Below are positions 1 through 9,868 of a stretch of DNA of 64,000 nucleotides, piece by piece. This DNA comes from a bacterium. GTDB lineage: Bacteria; Electryoneota; JAOADG01. Both the position numbers and the translations under genes were made by a program. Location: positions 1,760,001-1,824,000 of the forward strand of contig OY820579.1 in NCBI GenBank assembly GCA_963681965.1, written 5' to 3'. Below the pieces are notes generated by a model that saw only the letters and a list, made by a program, of their open reading frames with translations, did not search any database and was not told the origin of the DNA. Position 1 is the first letter of the stretch. The number at the start of each line of letters is the position of its first letter.

Positions 1-1
1 A

Positions 2-739
2 AGCTTATTGCTTCCGAAGAAGAGCAGTAGCGGTCGAAATAATAACGGTCGTATCACGATGCGTCGCCGCGGCGGCGGTCACAAGCAAATGCTTCGAGTT
101 GTGGATTACAAGCGCGACAAGATCGGCATTCCCGCAAAAGTGGCGCACATTGAATACGATCCAAATCGTTCCGCACGTCTAGCTTTATTGCATTATGCCG
201 ATGGTGAGAAGCGTTATAGCATCGCTACCGTAGGTTTGAAACAAGGCGATGTGATCATGAGCGGTCCGGACTCCGAAATCAAAGCCGGAAACTGCTTGCC
301 GATTTCATCGATTCCGATCGGTACCGAAATTTGCATGATCGAGTTGCGTCCCGGTCGCGGTGCCCAGATGGCACGATCAGCCGGAGCCGTTGTACGATTG
401 ATGGCGAAGGAAGGCAAGTACGCGACGTTGCGTTTGCCCTCCGGTGAAATTCGCCGCGTCAGTATCACATGTTCGGCTGTCATCGGTCAAGTTGGCAACC
501 TCGAGCATGAAAATCAGAGCTTTGGTAAAGCCGGCAAGAGCCGCTGGTTGGGCAATCGGCCCAAGGTTCGCGGTGTCGTGATGAACCCGATCGATCACCC
601 GATGGGTGGTGGTGAAGGTCGTTCGTCCGGTGGTCGTCACCCTTGTACTCCGTGGGGCAAACCGACCAAGGGTTATAAGACACGACACAACAAATCGACT
701 GAAAAGTGGATCGTCCGTCATCGGTCGGCAAAGAAGTAG
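2..739 (+). CDS. rplB: 50S ribosomal protein L2 (5'-truncated by window edge)
   Basis: Motifs [35 protein letters not shown]; reading frame is open from the window start. Confidence 0.99.
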   Translation, partial: SLLLPKKSSSGRNNNGRITMRRRGGGHKQMLRVVDYKRDKIGIPAKVAHIEYDPNRSARLALLHYADGEKRYSIATVGLKQGDVIMSGPDSEIKAGNCLPISSIPIGTEICMIELRPGRGAQMARSAGAVVRLMAKEGKYATLRLPSGEIRRVSITCSAVIGQVGNLEHENQSFGKAGKSRWLGNRPKVRGVVMNPIDHPMGGGEGRSSGGRHPCTPWGKPTKGYKTRHNKSTEKWIVRHRSAKK

Positions 740-761
740 TTGAGAAGAGAGGTTAAGCGGG

Positions 762-1052
762 ATGGCTCGTTCCATTAAAAAAGGTCCGTATATCGATCCG
801 AGAATCTCGGATAAGATCGACCAACTCAACAAAGATCGTAAGAAAGTCGTGGTCAAAACTTGGGCACGCCGTTCGATGATCGAGCCTGCATTTGTTGGGC
901 ACACGATCGCGGTACACAACGGCAAGAAGTTTCTGCCGGTGTTTGTCACGGAAAATATGGTTGGTCATAAACTTGGCGAGTTCGCTCCGACCCGAACATT
1001 CAAGGGTCACAGCGGTCATCGCAAGACGGAAAAAGCGGCGAAAGCCAAGTAA
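762..1052 (+). CDS. rpsS: 30S ribosomal protein S19
   Basis: [33 protein letters not shown]; S10 operon order. Confidence 0.99.
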   Translation: MARSIKKGPYIDPRISDKIDQLNKDRKKVVVKTWARRSMIEPAFVGHTIAVHNGKKFLPVFVTENMVGHKLGEFAPTRTFKGHSGHRKTEKAAKAK

Positions 1053-1108
1053 AGCGGTATCGGATGACAGCAGACGATGCGTCTGCGCCACCTAAAAGAG
1101 ATAAAGCA

Positions 1109-1582
1109 ATGGAAGCAAAGTGTGTCAGCCGTTGGATTCGCGTCAGTCCGCAGAAAATGCGACTGTTGGCGGACATGGTACGCGGCAAGACAGTTAGCCA
1201 GGCAATCGATTTACTGCATTTCTCGCAGAAAACGACCGCACTTCCGATGGAAAAAGCGGTCCGAAGCGCCTTGGCGAACCTGTTGAACAAAGAGGATGCG
1301 CATAAAGTCGATGCCGACATCGTTCGGGTTGCCGAAGTGAATGTTCAAGCCGGTCCGACTTTGAAGCGTTGGTTACCACGGGCAATGGGACGTGCCACGC
1401 CACTGCTGAAGCGCAGTTGCCACATCTACATTCGGGTCGAAGAAGATCCGCGGATGCTGGCGAAGCGGGAGGCAGAAGAAACAGCCAAGCGTGCGACCCG
1501 AGTTCGCGGCAGCAGAACTTCGAAGAAGTCATCCAAAGAAGAAGCTTCGGCAGCGAAAGCTACCGAGACGACGCAGGAATAA
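1109..1582 (+). CDS. rplV: 50S ribosomal protein L22 with about 45-aa C-terminal extension
   Basis: IRVSPQKMRL, GPTLKRWLPRAMGRA; start set at ATG 1109 (MEAK), which matches the usual L22 N-terminus. Confidence 0.98.
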   Translation: MEAKCVSRWIRVSPQKMRLLADMVRGKTVSQAIDLLHFSQKTTALPMEKAVRSALANLLNKEDAHKVDADIVRVAEVNVQAGPTLKRWLPRAMGRATPLLKRSCHIYIRVEEDPRMLAKREAEETAKRATRVRGSRTSKKSSKEEASAAKATETTQE

Positions 1583-1591
1583 GGAGGCGGA

Positions 1592-2248
1592 GTGGGACAG
1601 AAGACGAATCCCGTCGGATTGCGATTAGGCGTTAACCGAACGTGGAACTCGAACTGGTTTGACGAGCAGGATTTTGCCGGCAAGTTGCAGGAAGATGGCA
1701 AAGTACGCCGTTATTTGAAAAACCGCCTGCAGAACGCCAGCATCGCTCGGATCGATATCGAACGACAAGGTCGTCAGTCACTTAAGGTGATTGTACACTC
1801 GGCTCGTCCAGGTGTAGTGATCGGTCGCAAGGGTCAGCAGGTTGACCAGATCAAAGAAGAGTTGACTAAGTTGACCTCGAAAAACGTCGCACTCGATATT
1901 ATCGAAGTTCGCCGCCCCGAAATCGAAGCGCAATTGGTCGCCGATAGTATCGCGAATCAGTTAACCGGTAAGGTCAGCTTCCGTCGCGCGATGAAGAAGG
2001 CAATTCAATCTGCCCGTCGGCTTGGCGCCGAAGGGATCAAAATCACCTGTTCCGGTCGATTGGGTGGCGCCGAAATGGCACGTACCGAATCGTACAAGGA
2101 AGGTCGGATTCCGCTTCACACGCTTCGTGCAATCATCGATTTCGCTCGCGGTACTTCGGTCACTGCGTACGGTACGATCGGCGTGAAAGTATGGATCTGC
2201 AAAGGTGAAGTACTGGGTAAGTGGTCATCGGTTCAAATGCAGCAATAA
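1592..2248 (+). CDS. rpsC: 30S ribosomal protein S3
   Basis: MGQKTNPVGLRLG, RPGVVIGRKG, GRLGGAEMAR, GRIPLHTLRA; GTG start after AAGGAGG. Confidence 0.99.
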   Translation: MGQKTNPVGLRLGVNRTWNSNWFDEQDFAGKLQEDGKVRRYLKNRLQNASIARIDIERQGRQSLKVIVHSARPGVVIGRKGQQVDQIKEELTKLTSKNVALDIIEVRRPEIEAQLVADSIANQLTGKVSFRRAMKKAIQSARRLGAEGIKITCSGRLGGAEMARTESYKEGRIPLHTLRAIIDFARGTSVTAYGTIGVKVWICKGEVLGKWSSVQMQQ

Positions 2249-2301
2249 TAGTTTTCATTCGGAGGTTGGACATCGGTCCGACCGAATGAGCGAGATAAGA
2301 A

Positions 2302-2718
2302 ATGTTAGCACCGAAGAGAATCAAATATCGTAAACAGCAGCGCGGTCGTATGAACGGCTTGGCGTATCGCGGTTCCGAAGTATCGTTCGGCGAATTCGGA
2401 CTGAAAGCGCTTGAACCGGGTTGGATTACCGCACGTCAGATCGAAGCTGCCCGTATCGCAATTTCCCGCCACGTCAAACGCGGTGGAAAAATCTGGATCC
2501 GGTTGTTCCCGGATAAGCCCGTCACCTCGAAACCTGCCGAAACTCGAATGGGTAAAGGAAAAGGCGCTCCCGAATTTTGGGTAGCAGTGGTGAAGCCGGG
2601 TCGCGTGATGTTCGAAATCGAAGGGATCGCGCCGGATATGGCGAAAGCGGCATTGCAGTTGGCATCTCAGAAACTTCCGATCAACTGCAAAGTGGTCGAG
2701 CGGGAGGAGTTGATATGA
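2302..2718 (+). CDS. rplP: 50S ribosomal protein L16
   Basis: [24 protein letters not shown]. Confidence 0.99.
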   Translation: MLAPKRIKYRKQQRGRMNGLAYRGSEVSFGEFGLKALEPGWITARQIEAARIAISRHVKRGGKIWIRLFPDKPVTSKPAETRMGKGKGAPEFWVAVVKPGRVMFEIEGIAPDMAKAALQLASQKLPINCKVVEREELI

Positions 2719-2930
2719 AATTGCATGAACTGGCAGAACTTCAGCCGGATCAGCTTGCGCTTAAATTGGCTGAATTGAAACACGACCTAGCCGAATTAAA
2801 GTTCGGTCGGGCGGCGCAACCGTTGGACAATCCGTTGCGGCTTCGCATCCTTCGGCGCGATATTGCAAAAGCAGAGACGTTGTTGAAAGAGTACGCAGCC
2901 GGCACCCGGACGCCGAAATTAGCGCAATAA
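2715..2930 (+). CDS. rpmC: 50S ribosomal protein L29
   Basis: ATGA overlap with rplP stop, GGAGGAG SD; [21 protein letters not shown]; position between rplP and rpsQ. Confidence 0.96.
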   Translation: MKLHELAELQPDQLALKLAELKHDLAELKFGRAAQPLDNPLRLRILRRDIAKAETLLKEYAAGTRTPKLAQ

Positions 2931-2989
2931 CTCAGGATTGGCGCAGTTAGTTTTGGCGCCTCCGATCAAAGGAATTTCGGACAGGAATT

Positions 2990-3250
2990 ATGGAACAGAC
3001 TCGTGGACATCGAAAAATAAGAGTCGGTCGCGTTGTTACCAGCAAGATGGATAAAACCATCGGGGTAGCAGTGGAACGGCGGATCGCCCACCCGTTGTAC
3101 GGGAAATTCGTTCGCCGTACATCGAAACTCTACGCACACGACGAACAGAACGTTGCAGGTGTAGGCGATGTAGTCAAGGTGATGGAGACGCGACCGCTGT
3201 CGAAAATGAAACGGTGGCGGCTGGTCGAAATCGTCGAAAAGGCGAAATAA
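2990..3250 (+). CDS. rpsQ: 30S ribosomal protein S17
   Basis: [28 protein letters not shown]. Confidence 0.99.
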   Translation: MEQTRGHRKIRVGRVVTSKMDKTIGVAVERRIAHPLYGKFVRRTSKLYAHDEQNVAGVGDVVKVMETRPLSKMKRWRLVEIVEKAK

Positions 3251-3268
3251 CCCGGTAGGTAATCAATC

Positions 3269-3637
3269 ATGATTCGCGAACAGACGCAATTAACGGTAGC
3301 GGACAATACGGGAGCCAAGGTAGTCGAGTGCTTCCGACTCTATGGTGGTTCGTGGCGCCGTTCTGCACACATCGGTGACATCATTATGGTTAGCGTCAAA
3401 AGCGCCATTCCCGGTGGTCAGGTAAAAAAGGGACAGAAAACCAAAGCGGTCGTTGTCCGTACAGCGAAAGAACTCCGACGCAAAGACGGTAGTTACATTC
3501 GGTTTGACGATAACGCCTGCGTATTGCTCGACGACAAACTTGAACCGCGCGGTACCCGTATTTTCGGTCCGGTGGCTCGCGAGTTGCGCGATCGTCAGCA
3601 GATGAAAATTATTTCGCTGGCGCCGGAAGTCCTCTAA
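3269..3637 (+). CDS. rplN: 50S ribosomal protein L14
   Basis: [36 protein letters not shown]. Confidence 0.99.
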   Translation: MIREQTQLTVADNTGAKVVECFRLYGGSWRRSAHIGDIIMVSVKSAIPGGQVKKGQKTKAVVVRTAKELRRKDGSYIRFDDNACVLLDDKLEPRGTRIFGPVARELRDRQQMKIISLAPEVL

Positions 3638-3660
3638 GCGCGGTGAAGGAGTAAGCAAAA

Positions 3661-3978
3661 ATGCATGTGCGTAAAAACGACATGGTGCTGGTACTGACCG
3701 GAAACGACTCCGGCAAGCGCGGTCGCGTATTGAAAGTGTACCCGAAGAAGGGTCAAGTCGTGGTCGAAGGCGTACGCTTTATCAAGCGTCACACCAAGCC
3801 TAGCCAAACGTTGCCGAATGGCGGAATCATCGAACGCGAAGCACCGATCAGTGTGACCAACGTTATGGTGATCGATCCCCAGACCAACAAGCCGACTCGC
3901 GTTGGACACAAGCGAATCGACGAAGGCGGCAAACGGCGGTCGGTACGAGTCAGTAAGAAGAGTGGAAACTCGTTTTAA
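3661..3978 (+). CDS. rplX: 50S ribosomal protein L24
   Basis: KOW motif DMVLVLTGNDSGKRG; GGIIEREAPI. Confidence 0.98.
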   Translation: MHVRKNDMVLVLTGNDSGKRGRVLKVYPKKGQVVVEGVRFIKRHTKPSQTLPNGGIIEREAPISVTNVMVIDPQTNKPTRVGHKRIDEGGKRRSVRVSKKSGNSF

Positions 3979-4067
3979 TCGGATTGTCCGGTAACATTCC
4001 GGCGATCGGAAAGTATCGCGCCGTCATTCTGGTGGTTTCACTATGGGTCGGCGGAGGAGAACGATAA

Positions 4068-4817
4068 GTGGCGAAGGACGATAAGAGCAAGAAGGGTGGC
4101 AGCGCGAAACCTGGTAGCGCGAAACCCGCAGCAAAGGGTGGCAAACCACCGGCTCAGCAAAGCAAGAAAGCTTCGAGTGGTGGAAAGTCTGCTGTCGCAG
4201 CAACTGCACCTGCTGGTGGTGGACATAAGGAAGTACCGGCTGGTTATATTCCCCGGATGCAGACCGTGTATCACGAAAAAGTGGTGCCCGCGTTAATGGA
4301 AAAACTGCAACTGAAAAACCGGATGCAAGTGCCGCGCTTGAATAAAGTCGTGATCAACGTCGGTGTCGGCAAGGGTCATGAAGAAGCCAAGTTGCTGGAT
4401 AGCGTTGTCGGCGAAGTGTCATCCATTACCGGTATGAAACCGCTGGTGACCAAAGCGAAGAAATCGATTTCGAATTTCAAGCTTCGCGAAGGGATGCCGA
4501 TCGGTGTGAAAGTTACTTTGCGACGCAAGCTGATGTGGGAATTTCTTGATCGCTTGTTCAACCTTGCCATTCCGCGTATCCGCGACTTTCGCGGTGTCAG
4601 CGACAAATCGTTCGATGGACGCGGCAATTATACGTTAGGTGTCAAAGAGCAGATTATCTTTCCTGAAATCAATTACGATTCAGTCGAGAAACTGCACGGT
4701 ATGGACATTACGTTCGTTACCACCGCTCGTACTGACGAGCATGCACGTGAATTTCTCCGGGAATTGGGCATGCCATTCCGCAAGAAAGAAACAGCCGCCA
4801 ATAAGGCAGCAATGTAA
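4068..4817 (+). CDS. rplE: 50S ribosomal protein L5 with about 60-aa N-terminal extension
   Basis: [42 protein letters not shown]; GTG start after GGAGGAG. Confidence 0.98.
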   Translation: MAKDDKSKKGGSAKPGSAKPAAKGGKPPAQQSKKASSGGKSAVAATAPAGGGHKEVPAGYIPRMQTVYHEKVVPALMEKLQLKNRMQVPRLNKVVINVGVGKGHEEAKLLDSVVGEVSSITGMKPLVTKAKKSISNFKLREGMPIGVKVTLRRKLMWEFLDRLFNLAIPRIRDFRGVSDKSFDGRGNYTLGVKEQIIFPEINYDSVEKLHGMDITFVTTARTDEHAREFLRELGMPFRKKETAANKAAM

Positions 4818-4876
4818 GACTGAGAGTGGAAGCCGAATTTGCGCTTCCCGAAGATGAAACGAAAGGACCATTCTGA

Positions 4877-5140
4877 ATGGCACGCTTGGCGATGAAAGTA
4901 AAGCAGGCGCGGATTGCCCAGAAGATAACTGAGGCACACGCGAAAGCCAAGGACCGGAAGGAATTCGCTGAATTGCTTACGAAACTGCCGTTGCAGTTTC
5001 ATCCGGTAAAAAGTCATAACCGTTGCCGCCGTTGCGGCCGGTCTCGTGCTTATTTGCGGCACTACGGCCTTTGCCGACTCTGTTTCCGCGATTCAGCACT
5101 GATGGGCGATATTCCTGGCGTAGTTAAGGCTAGTTGGTAA
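4877..5140 (+). CDS. rpsN: 30S ribosomal protein S14 (87 aa, CxxC...CxxC intact)
   Basis: [24 protein letters not shown]...IPGVVKASW. Confidence 0.98.
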   Translation: MARLAMKVKQARIAQKITEAHAKAKDRKEFAELLTKLPLQFHPVKSHNRCRRCGRSRAYLRHYGLCRLCFRDSALMGDIPGVVKASW

Positions 5141-5150
5141 AGGAGCGACA

Positions 5151-5546
5151 GTGGTTACCGATCCGATTGCGGACTTTTTGACGGCGATTCGTAACGCCCT
5201 GTCGGCGCGACATAAAACCGTCGACGTCCCGGCTTCGAAAATGAAAGAGGCGCTTGCGCAGATCCTGATGGATCAGAATTTTATTCGCGGCTTCAAACGA
5301 TACGAAGATGGACTTCAGGGAATCCTGCGGGTTCAGTTGAAGTACGACGAAGAAGGGATTCCGGCGATTACCGGAATCAAGCGGGCATCGACCCCCGGGC
5401 GACGCCGTTATGTGGGCAAGAGCGATATACCGCGTGTTATGAACCAGTTGGGCATTTCGATCATGACGACGCCGAAGGGCGTTATCACCGGCGGTCGAGC
5501 GCGACAGCTTGGAGTTGGTGGCGAAGTATTGTGCTACGTCTGGTAA
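5151..5546 (+). CDS. rpsH: 30S ribosomal protein S8
   Basis: TDPIADFLTAIRNA, STPGRRRY, GGEVLCYVW. Confidence 0.99.
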   Translation: MVTDPIADFLTAIRNALSARHKTVDVPASKMKEALAQILMDQNFIRGFKRYEDGLQGILRVQLKYDEEGIPAITGIKRASTPGRRRYVGKSDIPRVMNQLGISIMTTPKGVITGGRARQLGVGGEVLCYVW

Positions 5547-5574
5547 GCGCGAATAGAATTTAAAAGGTTGAACC

Positions 5575-6117
5575 ATGTCACGTATTGGAAAAAAACCGAT
5601 TCCATTGCCGAAAGGCGTTACCGTTACCGTAACGGATCGCACTGTGGCAGTGAAAGGTCCGCTAGGGCAGATGCAGCGCGTGCTGCCGGAGCGGGTGGCG
5701 GTTACGGTTGATGGCGCGGAAGTCAATGTGACCCGCGACGGCGACGATAAGACCGCACGTTCGATGCACGGTCTTGCCCGTACCTTGGTAGCAAATATGG
5801 TTACCGGTGTTTCGGCGGGATTTGTGAAGAACTTGGAAATTGTCGGTGTCGGCTACAAAGCGGAGAAAAAAGGGAATGACCTTGTGATGAGTCTTGGTTA
5901 TTCGCACCCGATCGAATTTGCTCCTCCGGAGGGGGTAACGATCGAAACTCCGAAGCTTACGCAGATTGTAATCAAAGCTTACGACAAGGAAGTACTCGGT
6001 ATGGTCGCTGCGACTATTCGCGGTTTCCGGAAACCTGAACCCTACAAGGGCAAAGGCATCAAGTACGAAAACGAGCGTATCCTTCGTAAAGCCGGCAAGA
6101 CTGGTAAGGGCAAGTAA
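5575..6117 (+). CDS. rplF: 50S ribosomal protein L6
   Basis: [34 protein letters not shown]. Confidence 0.99.
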   Translation: MSRIGKKPIPLPKGVTVTVTDRTVAVKGPLGQMQRVLPERVAVTVDGAEVNVTRDGDDKTARSMHGLARTLVANMVTGVSAGFVKNLEIVGVGYKAEKKGNDLVMSLGYSHPIEFAPPEGVTIETPKLTQIVIKAYDKEVLGMVAATIRGFRKPEPYKGKGIKYENERILRKAGKTGKGK

Positions 6118-6181
6118 AGCGAATCGTCTCGCGGCATGGCAGTCCAGCTAGAGGAATCATGCCGCCAAGGAGCGAGTAGGA

Positions 6182-6553
6182 ATGATTGAGAAATATCGTG
6201 AACAAAAGAGTATCGCACGGAATCGTCGCAAGCGACATATCCGGGCGAAAGTGAATGGAACCGGTGAGTGTCCGCGATTGGTAGTCTATCGGAGCATCTC
6301 CAAGATGTACTGCCAGTTGATCGACGATATCGCACATCGGTGCATTACCGGACTTTCGACGATGAATCCGGCTATTGCCGAAAAAGGCAAGCTTACGAAA
6401 ACCGCACAAAGCAAGGAACTGGGAATGGCAATTGCCGCAAAGGCGAAAGAATTGGGAATCACGCGCGTGGTTTTCGATCGTAACGGCTATCCCTATCACG
6501 GACGGGTTGCCGCTGTAGCAGACGGCGCACGGGAAGGAGGATTGATCCTGTGA
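6182..6553 (+). CDS. rplR: 50S ribosomal protein L18
   Basis: [34 protein letters not shown]. Confidence 0.99.
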   Translation: MIEKYREQKSIARNRRKRHIRAKVNGTGECPRLVVYRSISKMYCQLIDDIAHRCITGLSTMNPAIAEKGKLTKTAQSKELGMAIAAKAKELGITRVVFDRNGYPYHGRVAAVADGAREGGLIL

Positions 6554-7224
6554 GCGAACTGACCGAACAAAACTTGGAACATCCGACCCCGATGCCGGTG
6601 GAAGCAACTGAACCGACGGAACCCCGTCGCGAACGATCAGAACGCGGCGAGCGCGGTGAACGTGGCGAGCGTGGCGAACGCGGTCGTAGAGATCGCAACC
6701 GCGGTGGCGACGATCACGAATCGATGTTGATCGAAAAAGTCGTACATGTCAATCGCGTTGCAAAAGTTGTAAAAGGTGGTCGAAATTTCTCGTTCAACGC
6801 ACTGGTTGTTGTCGGTGACGGCAAAGGCAAAGTGGGATTTGGACTGGGTAAAGCCAACGAAGTAGCAGATGCAATTTCTAAGGGTACCGAACTTGCAAAA
6901 CGTGCGATGAAACGCTATCCAATGGTTGGAACGACGTTGCCGCATGAAATTATGGGTCGGTACGGCGCCGGTAAAGTGAAGTTGAAACCAGCTTCCCCCG
7001 GTACCGGTGTAATTGCCGGTGGTGCCGTTCGTGCGATCATGGAAGCTTTCGGCGTCCGCGATGTATTGACGAAGGTGTTGGGTTCGACTAATCCGCACAA
7101 CGTGGTAAAAGCCGTATTTGCCGGTCTCGAAGGCGCACTCGATATTACTACGCTGGTGCGTAAACGCGGAGTAACCGTTCGTCAGATTTTTGCTTCGGGC
7201 GCGTTGCGCGAGGAGGCGAAATAA
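6550..7224 (+). CDS. rpsE: 30S ribosomal protein S5 with N-terminal ERG-repeat extension
   Basis: [35 protein letters not shown]; GTGA overlap with rplR. Confidence 0.99.
   Translation: MSELTEQNLEHPTPMPVEATEPTEPRRERSERGERGERGERGERGRRDRNRGGDDHESMLIEKVVHVNRVAKVVKGGRNFSFNALVVVGDGKGKVGFGLGKANEVADAISKGTELAKRAMKRYPMVGTTLPHEIMGRYGAGKVKLKPASPGTGVIAGGAVRAIMEAFGVRDVLTKVLGSTNPHNVVKAVFAGLEGALDITTLVRKRGVTVRQIFASGALREEAK
6640..6684 (+). repeat. 9-bp coding tandem repeat (GAR CGY GGY)x5 encoding (ERG)5 in rpsE
   Basis: gaacgcggc gagcgcggt gaacgtggc gagcgtggc gaacgcggt read directly. Confidence 0.95.
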
Positions 7225-7226
7225 TC

Positions 7227-7421
7227 ATGGCACTCTTAAAGATTACTTACGTGAAAAGCAAGATCGACTGCACTGTACGGATGAAACGTACTGTCGAAGC
7301 ACTCGGTTTTAAGAAGTTGAATTCGCAAGTGATTCATCCAGACTCCCCGGCAATTCGCGGCATGATCGCGAAAATTCCGCACCTCTTGAAGGTGGAAGAA
7401 CTGCCGGACGAGGCGAAGTAA
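7227..7421 (+). CDS. rpmD: 50S ribosomal protein L30
   Basis: LKITYVKS...TVEALG...DSPAIRGMIAKIPHLLKVEE; spc operon order. Confidence 0.97.
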   Translation: MALLKITYVKSKIDCTVRMKRTVEALGFKKLNSQVIHPDSPAIRGMIAKIPHLLKVEELPDEAK

Positions 7422-7433
7422 AGGGGCAGCGAA

Positions 7434-7889
7434 GTGGGTACGACATTAGGAAATCTTAAACCAGCGCCGGGCGCTGTAAAAAAGACAAAGCGAATTGCTC
7501 GCGGCTACGGCAGTGGTCACGGTCGAACGGCGACCCGTGGTGGCAAAGGGCAAACCGCTCGAACTGGAAATAGCGATAAATCCGGTTTCGAAGGCGGACA
7601 GATGCCGATGTACCGACGGTTGCCGAAACGTGGTTTTAAAAATCCGTTCCGCGTTGTATATCAAGTGGTAAATGTTGGACTTTTGGATCGATTCGACGGC
7701 GAAGTGACTCGAGAGGTTTTGGATAAAGCTGGTTTGATTGCACTCTCGAAGGGTCCGATTAAAATTTTGGGTCAGGGCGACATTACGAAAGCTCTGAAGG
7801 TAACTGCAGATTCCGCCTCGTCGTCCGCGATCGAGAAGATCAAGGCAGCAGGCGGCGAAGTCGTGTTGACCAAGCCATTGAGCGAGTGA
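7434..7889 (+). CDS. rplO: 50S ribosomal protein L15
   Basis: RGYGSGHGRTATRGGKGQTAR, GFEGGQMPMYRRLPKRGF. Confidence 0.99.
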   Translation: MGTTLGNLKPAPGAVKKTKRIARGYGSGHGRTATRGGKGQTARTGNSDKSGFEGGQMPMYRRLPKRGFKNPFRVVYQVVNVGLLDRFDGEVTREVLDKAGLIALSKGPIKILGQGDITKALKVTADSASSSAIEKIKAAGGEVVLTKPLSE

Positions 7890-7893
7890 TCGC

Positions 7894-9234
7894 ATGCTAC
7901 AAACTCTGCGCAACATATTCAATATTCCGGAACTGAAGCGACGCCTTCTGTTTACGCTAGGCTGCTTCGTGGTTTACCGGTTGGGTGCTCACGTACCTGT
8001 ACCGATGATCGACCGCGATGCGCTAGCCGCTGCTTTCGAACTGCAAAAAGGGACGCTGTTCGGTCTCTATGACATGTTCGCCGGCGGTAACTTTGGAAAG
8101 GCGACGGTCTTCGCAGCCGGTATTATGCCGTACATCTCTGCTTCGATTATTCTACAATTGTTGGGAACGGTTATTCCCACATTGCAGAAATTGCAGCAGG
8201 AAGGTGAAGAAGGGCGTAAAAAAATCACGCAATGGACCCGCTATTTGACGGTCGCCATTGCTGCCATGCAGTCGGTTGGTATTGCCGCGTTTTTGGCTTC
8301 ATTGGAAGCCAGCGGTCGTCCGGTAGTACCGGGTGGCGCGTCGCTCGGTTTTTATCTATTGACGATGATCACGATGACAACCGGTACGATGTTTATCATG
8401 TGGCTCGGTGAGCGAATCACCGAACGCGGTATCGGTAACGGTATATCGTTAATCATTTTTATCGGTATTATCGATCGAATTCCGTGGGCGTTCCTCGACG
8501 AATTCCAGATGCTTACCAAGGGTATTCATGGAATCGTCCGCGTCTCTGCATTGCTAGTGATGATGTACTTCTCGATCGTTGCCGTGGTTTACTTGACACA
8601 GGGTGTCCGTAAGATACCGGTGCAGTATGCCAAGCGCATGGTCGGACGCAAGATGATGGGTGGTCAATCGACGCATATTCCGTTGCGGGTCAATACCGCC
8701 GGTGTTATGCCGATCATTTTCGCCCAGACAATCATGTTTGTCCCGTCGACGTTGGCATCCTTTTTACCGGATGATATGGAACTGCGAAATTGGCTCCATT
8801 CCGCCTTTACGTACGACAGTTTCGTTTACATGTTTATTTATGCTACATTGATCGTTTTCTTCACCTATTTCTATACGGCAGTTGCGTTCAATCCTACGGA
8901 TGTCGCCAACAACCTGAAGAAACACGGCGGATTGATCCCCGCAGTGAAACCGGGTAAGAAAACATCCGATTATCTGGACAATATTCTCTCCCGAATTACG
9001 CTTCCAGGCGCGATCGCCTTAGCGCTGGTTGCGATTGTACCGACGATTGTCTCGAAGTACATGGGTGTGAGTTACAATTTCGCGGCATTTTACGGCGGTA
9101 CCGGTTTGTTGATTTTGGTAGGCGTGGCATTGGATACGCTGCAACAGATCGAATCTCATTTGCTGATGCGGCATTACGACGGGTTAATGAAGTCGGGCAG
9201 AATTCGCGGCAGGGCTTCGACACGACGGATGTAA
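7894..9234 (+). CDS. secY: Preprotein translocase subunit SecY
   Basis: GIMPYISASII, WLGERITERGIGNGISLIIF, AGVMPIIFA, GGTGLLILVGV; about 10 TM segments. Confidence 0.99.
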   Translation: MLQTLRNIFNIPELKRRLLFTLGCFVVYRLGAHVPVPMIDRDALAAAFELQKGTLFGLYDMFAGGNFGKATVFAAGIMPYISASIILQLLGTVIPTLQKLQQEGEEGRKKITQWTRYLTVAIAAMQSVGIAAFLASLEASGRPVVPGGASLGFYLLTMITMTTGTMFIMWLGERITERGIGNGISLIIFIGIIDRIPWAFLDEFQMLTKGIHGIVRVSALLVMMYFSIVAVVYLTQGVRKIPVQYAKRMVGRKMMGGQSTHIPLRVNTAGVMPIIFAQTIMFVPSTLASFLPDDMELRNWLHSAFTYDSFVYMFIYATLIVFFTYFYTAVAFNPTDVANNLKKHGGLIPAVKPGKKTSDYLDNILSRITLPGAIALALVAIVPTIVSKYMGVSYNFAAFYGGTGLLILVGVALDTLQQIESHLLMRHYDGLMKSGRIRGRASTRRM

Positions 9235-9235
9235 C

Positions 9236-9868
9236 ATGAATGCAATTCTCCTTGGCGCACCGGGAGTTGGTAAAGGGACGCAAGCTCAACTACTGACTGA
9301 GCGCGACGGCTTTGTACAACTAAGTACTGGCGACATCTTGAGGACCGAGATCGCAAATGGCAGCGAGTTAGGTCTTTCCGCCAAGGGTTTTATGGATCGC
9401 GGTGAATTGGTCCCCGATTCCGTGATCTTAAATATTGTTTCTTTGCGGCTGGATAAGAATAAATCTTTTTTGTTCGACGGTTTTCCGCGAACAGTGCCGC
9501 AAGCGGATGGGTTATCGAATTTGTTAACTAGCCGCGGAATGAAATTAGATTATGTGATTTCTTTGGAATTACCGGTTGAAGCAATCGTAGAGCGGTTATC
9601 CGCTCGGCGAGTAGCGCTCAAATCCGGTCGGGTGTACAACCTGTTGTTCAATCCGCCGAAAGTCGAGGGCATTTGCGACATTTCCGGCGAATCGTTGATC
9701 CAGCGATCCGACGATAAACCGGAAGCAATTCTGGTGCGATTGAACGAGTACAATATGAAAACCGAACCGCTGAAAAAATATTACGAGCAGCGAATCGGCG
9801 TAGCCAGTGTGAATGCCGATGGCGATATGGAAACAGTCTATCGTCGGGTGAAAGCAGCATTGACATGA
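9236..9868 (+). CDS. adk: Adenylate kinase
   Basis: P-loop GAPGVGKGTQ, LSTGDILR, DGFPRT, LID region, QRSDD. Confidence 0.99.
   Translation: MNAILLGAPGVGKGTQAQLLTERDGFVQLSTGDILRTEIANGSELGLSAKGFMDRGELVPDSVILNIVSLRLDKNKSFLFDGFPRTVPQADGLSNLLTSRGMKLDYVISLELPVEAIVERLSARRVALKSGRVYNLLFNPPKVEGICDISGESLIQRSDDKPEAILVRLNEYNMKTEPLKKYYEQRIGVASVNADGDMETVYRRVKAALT

Noticed and set aside
2577-2714. Extended N-terminus of the 117-aa ORF containing L29
   Set aside because: It overlaps rplP; the SD and ATGA coupling place the start at 2715
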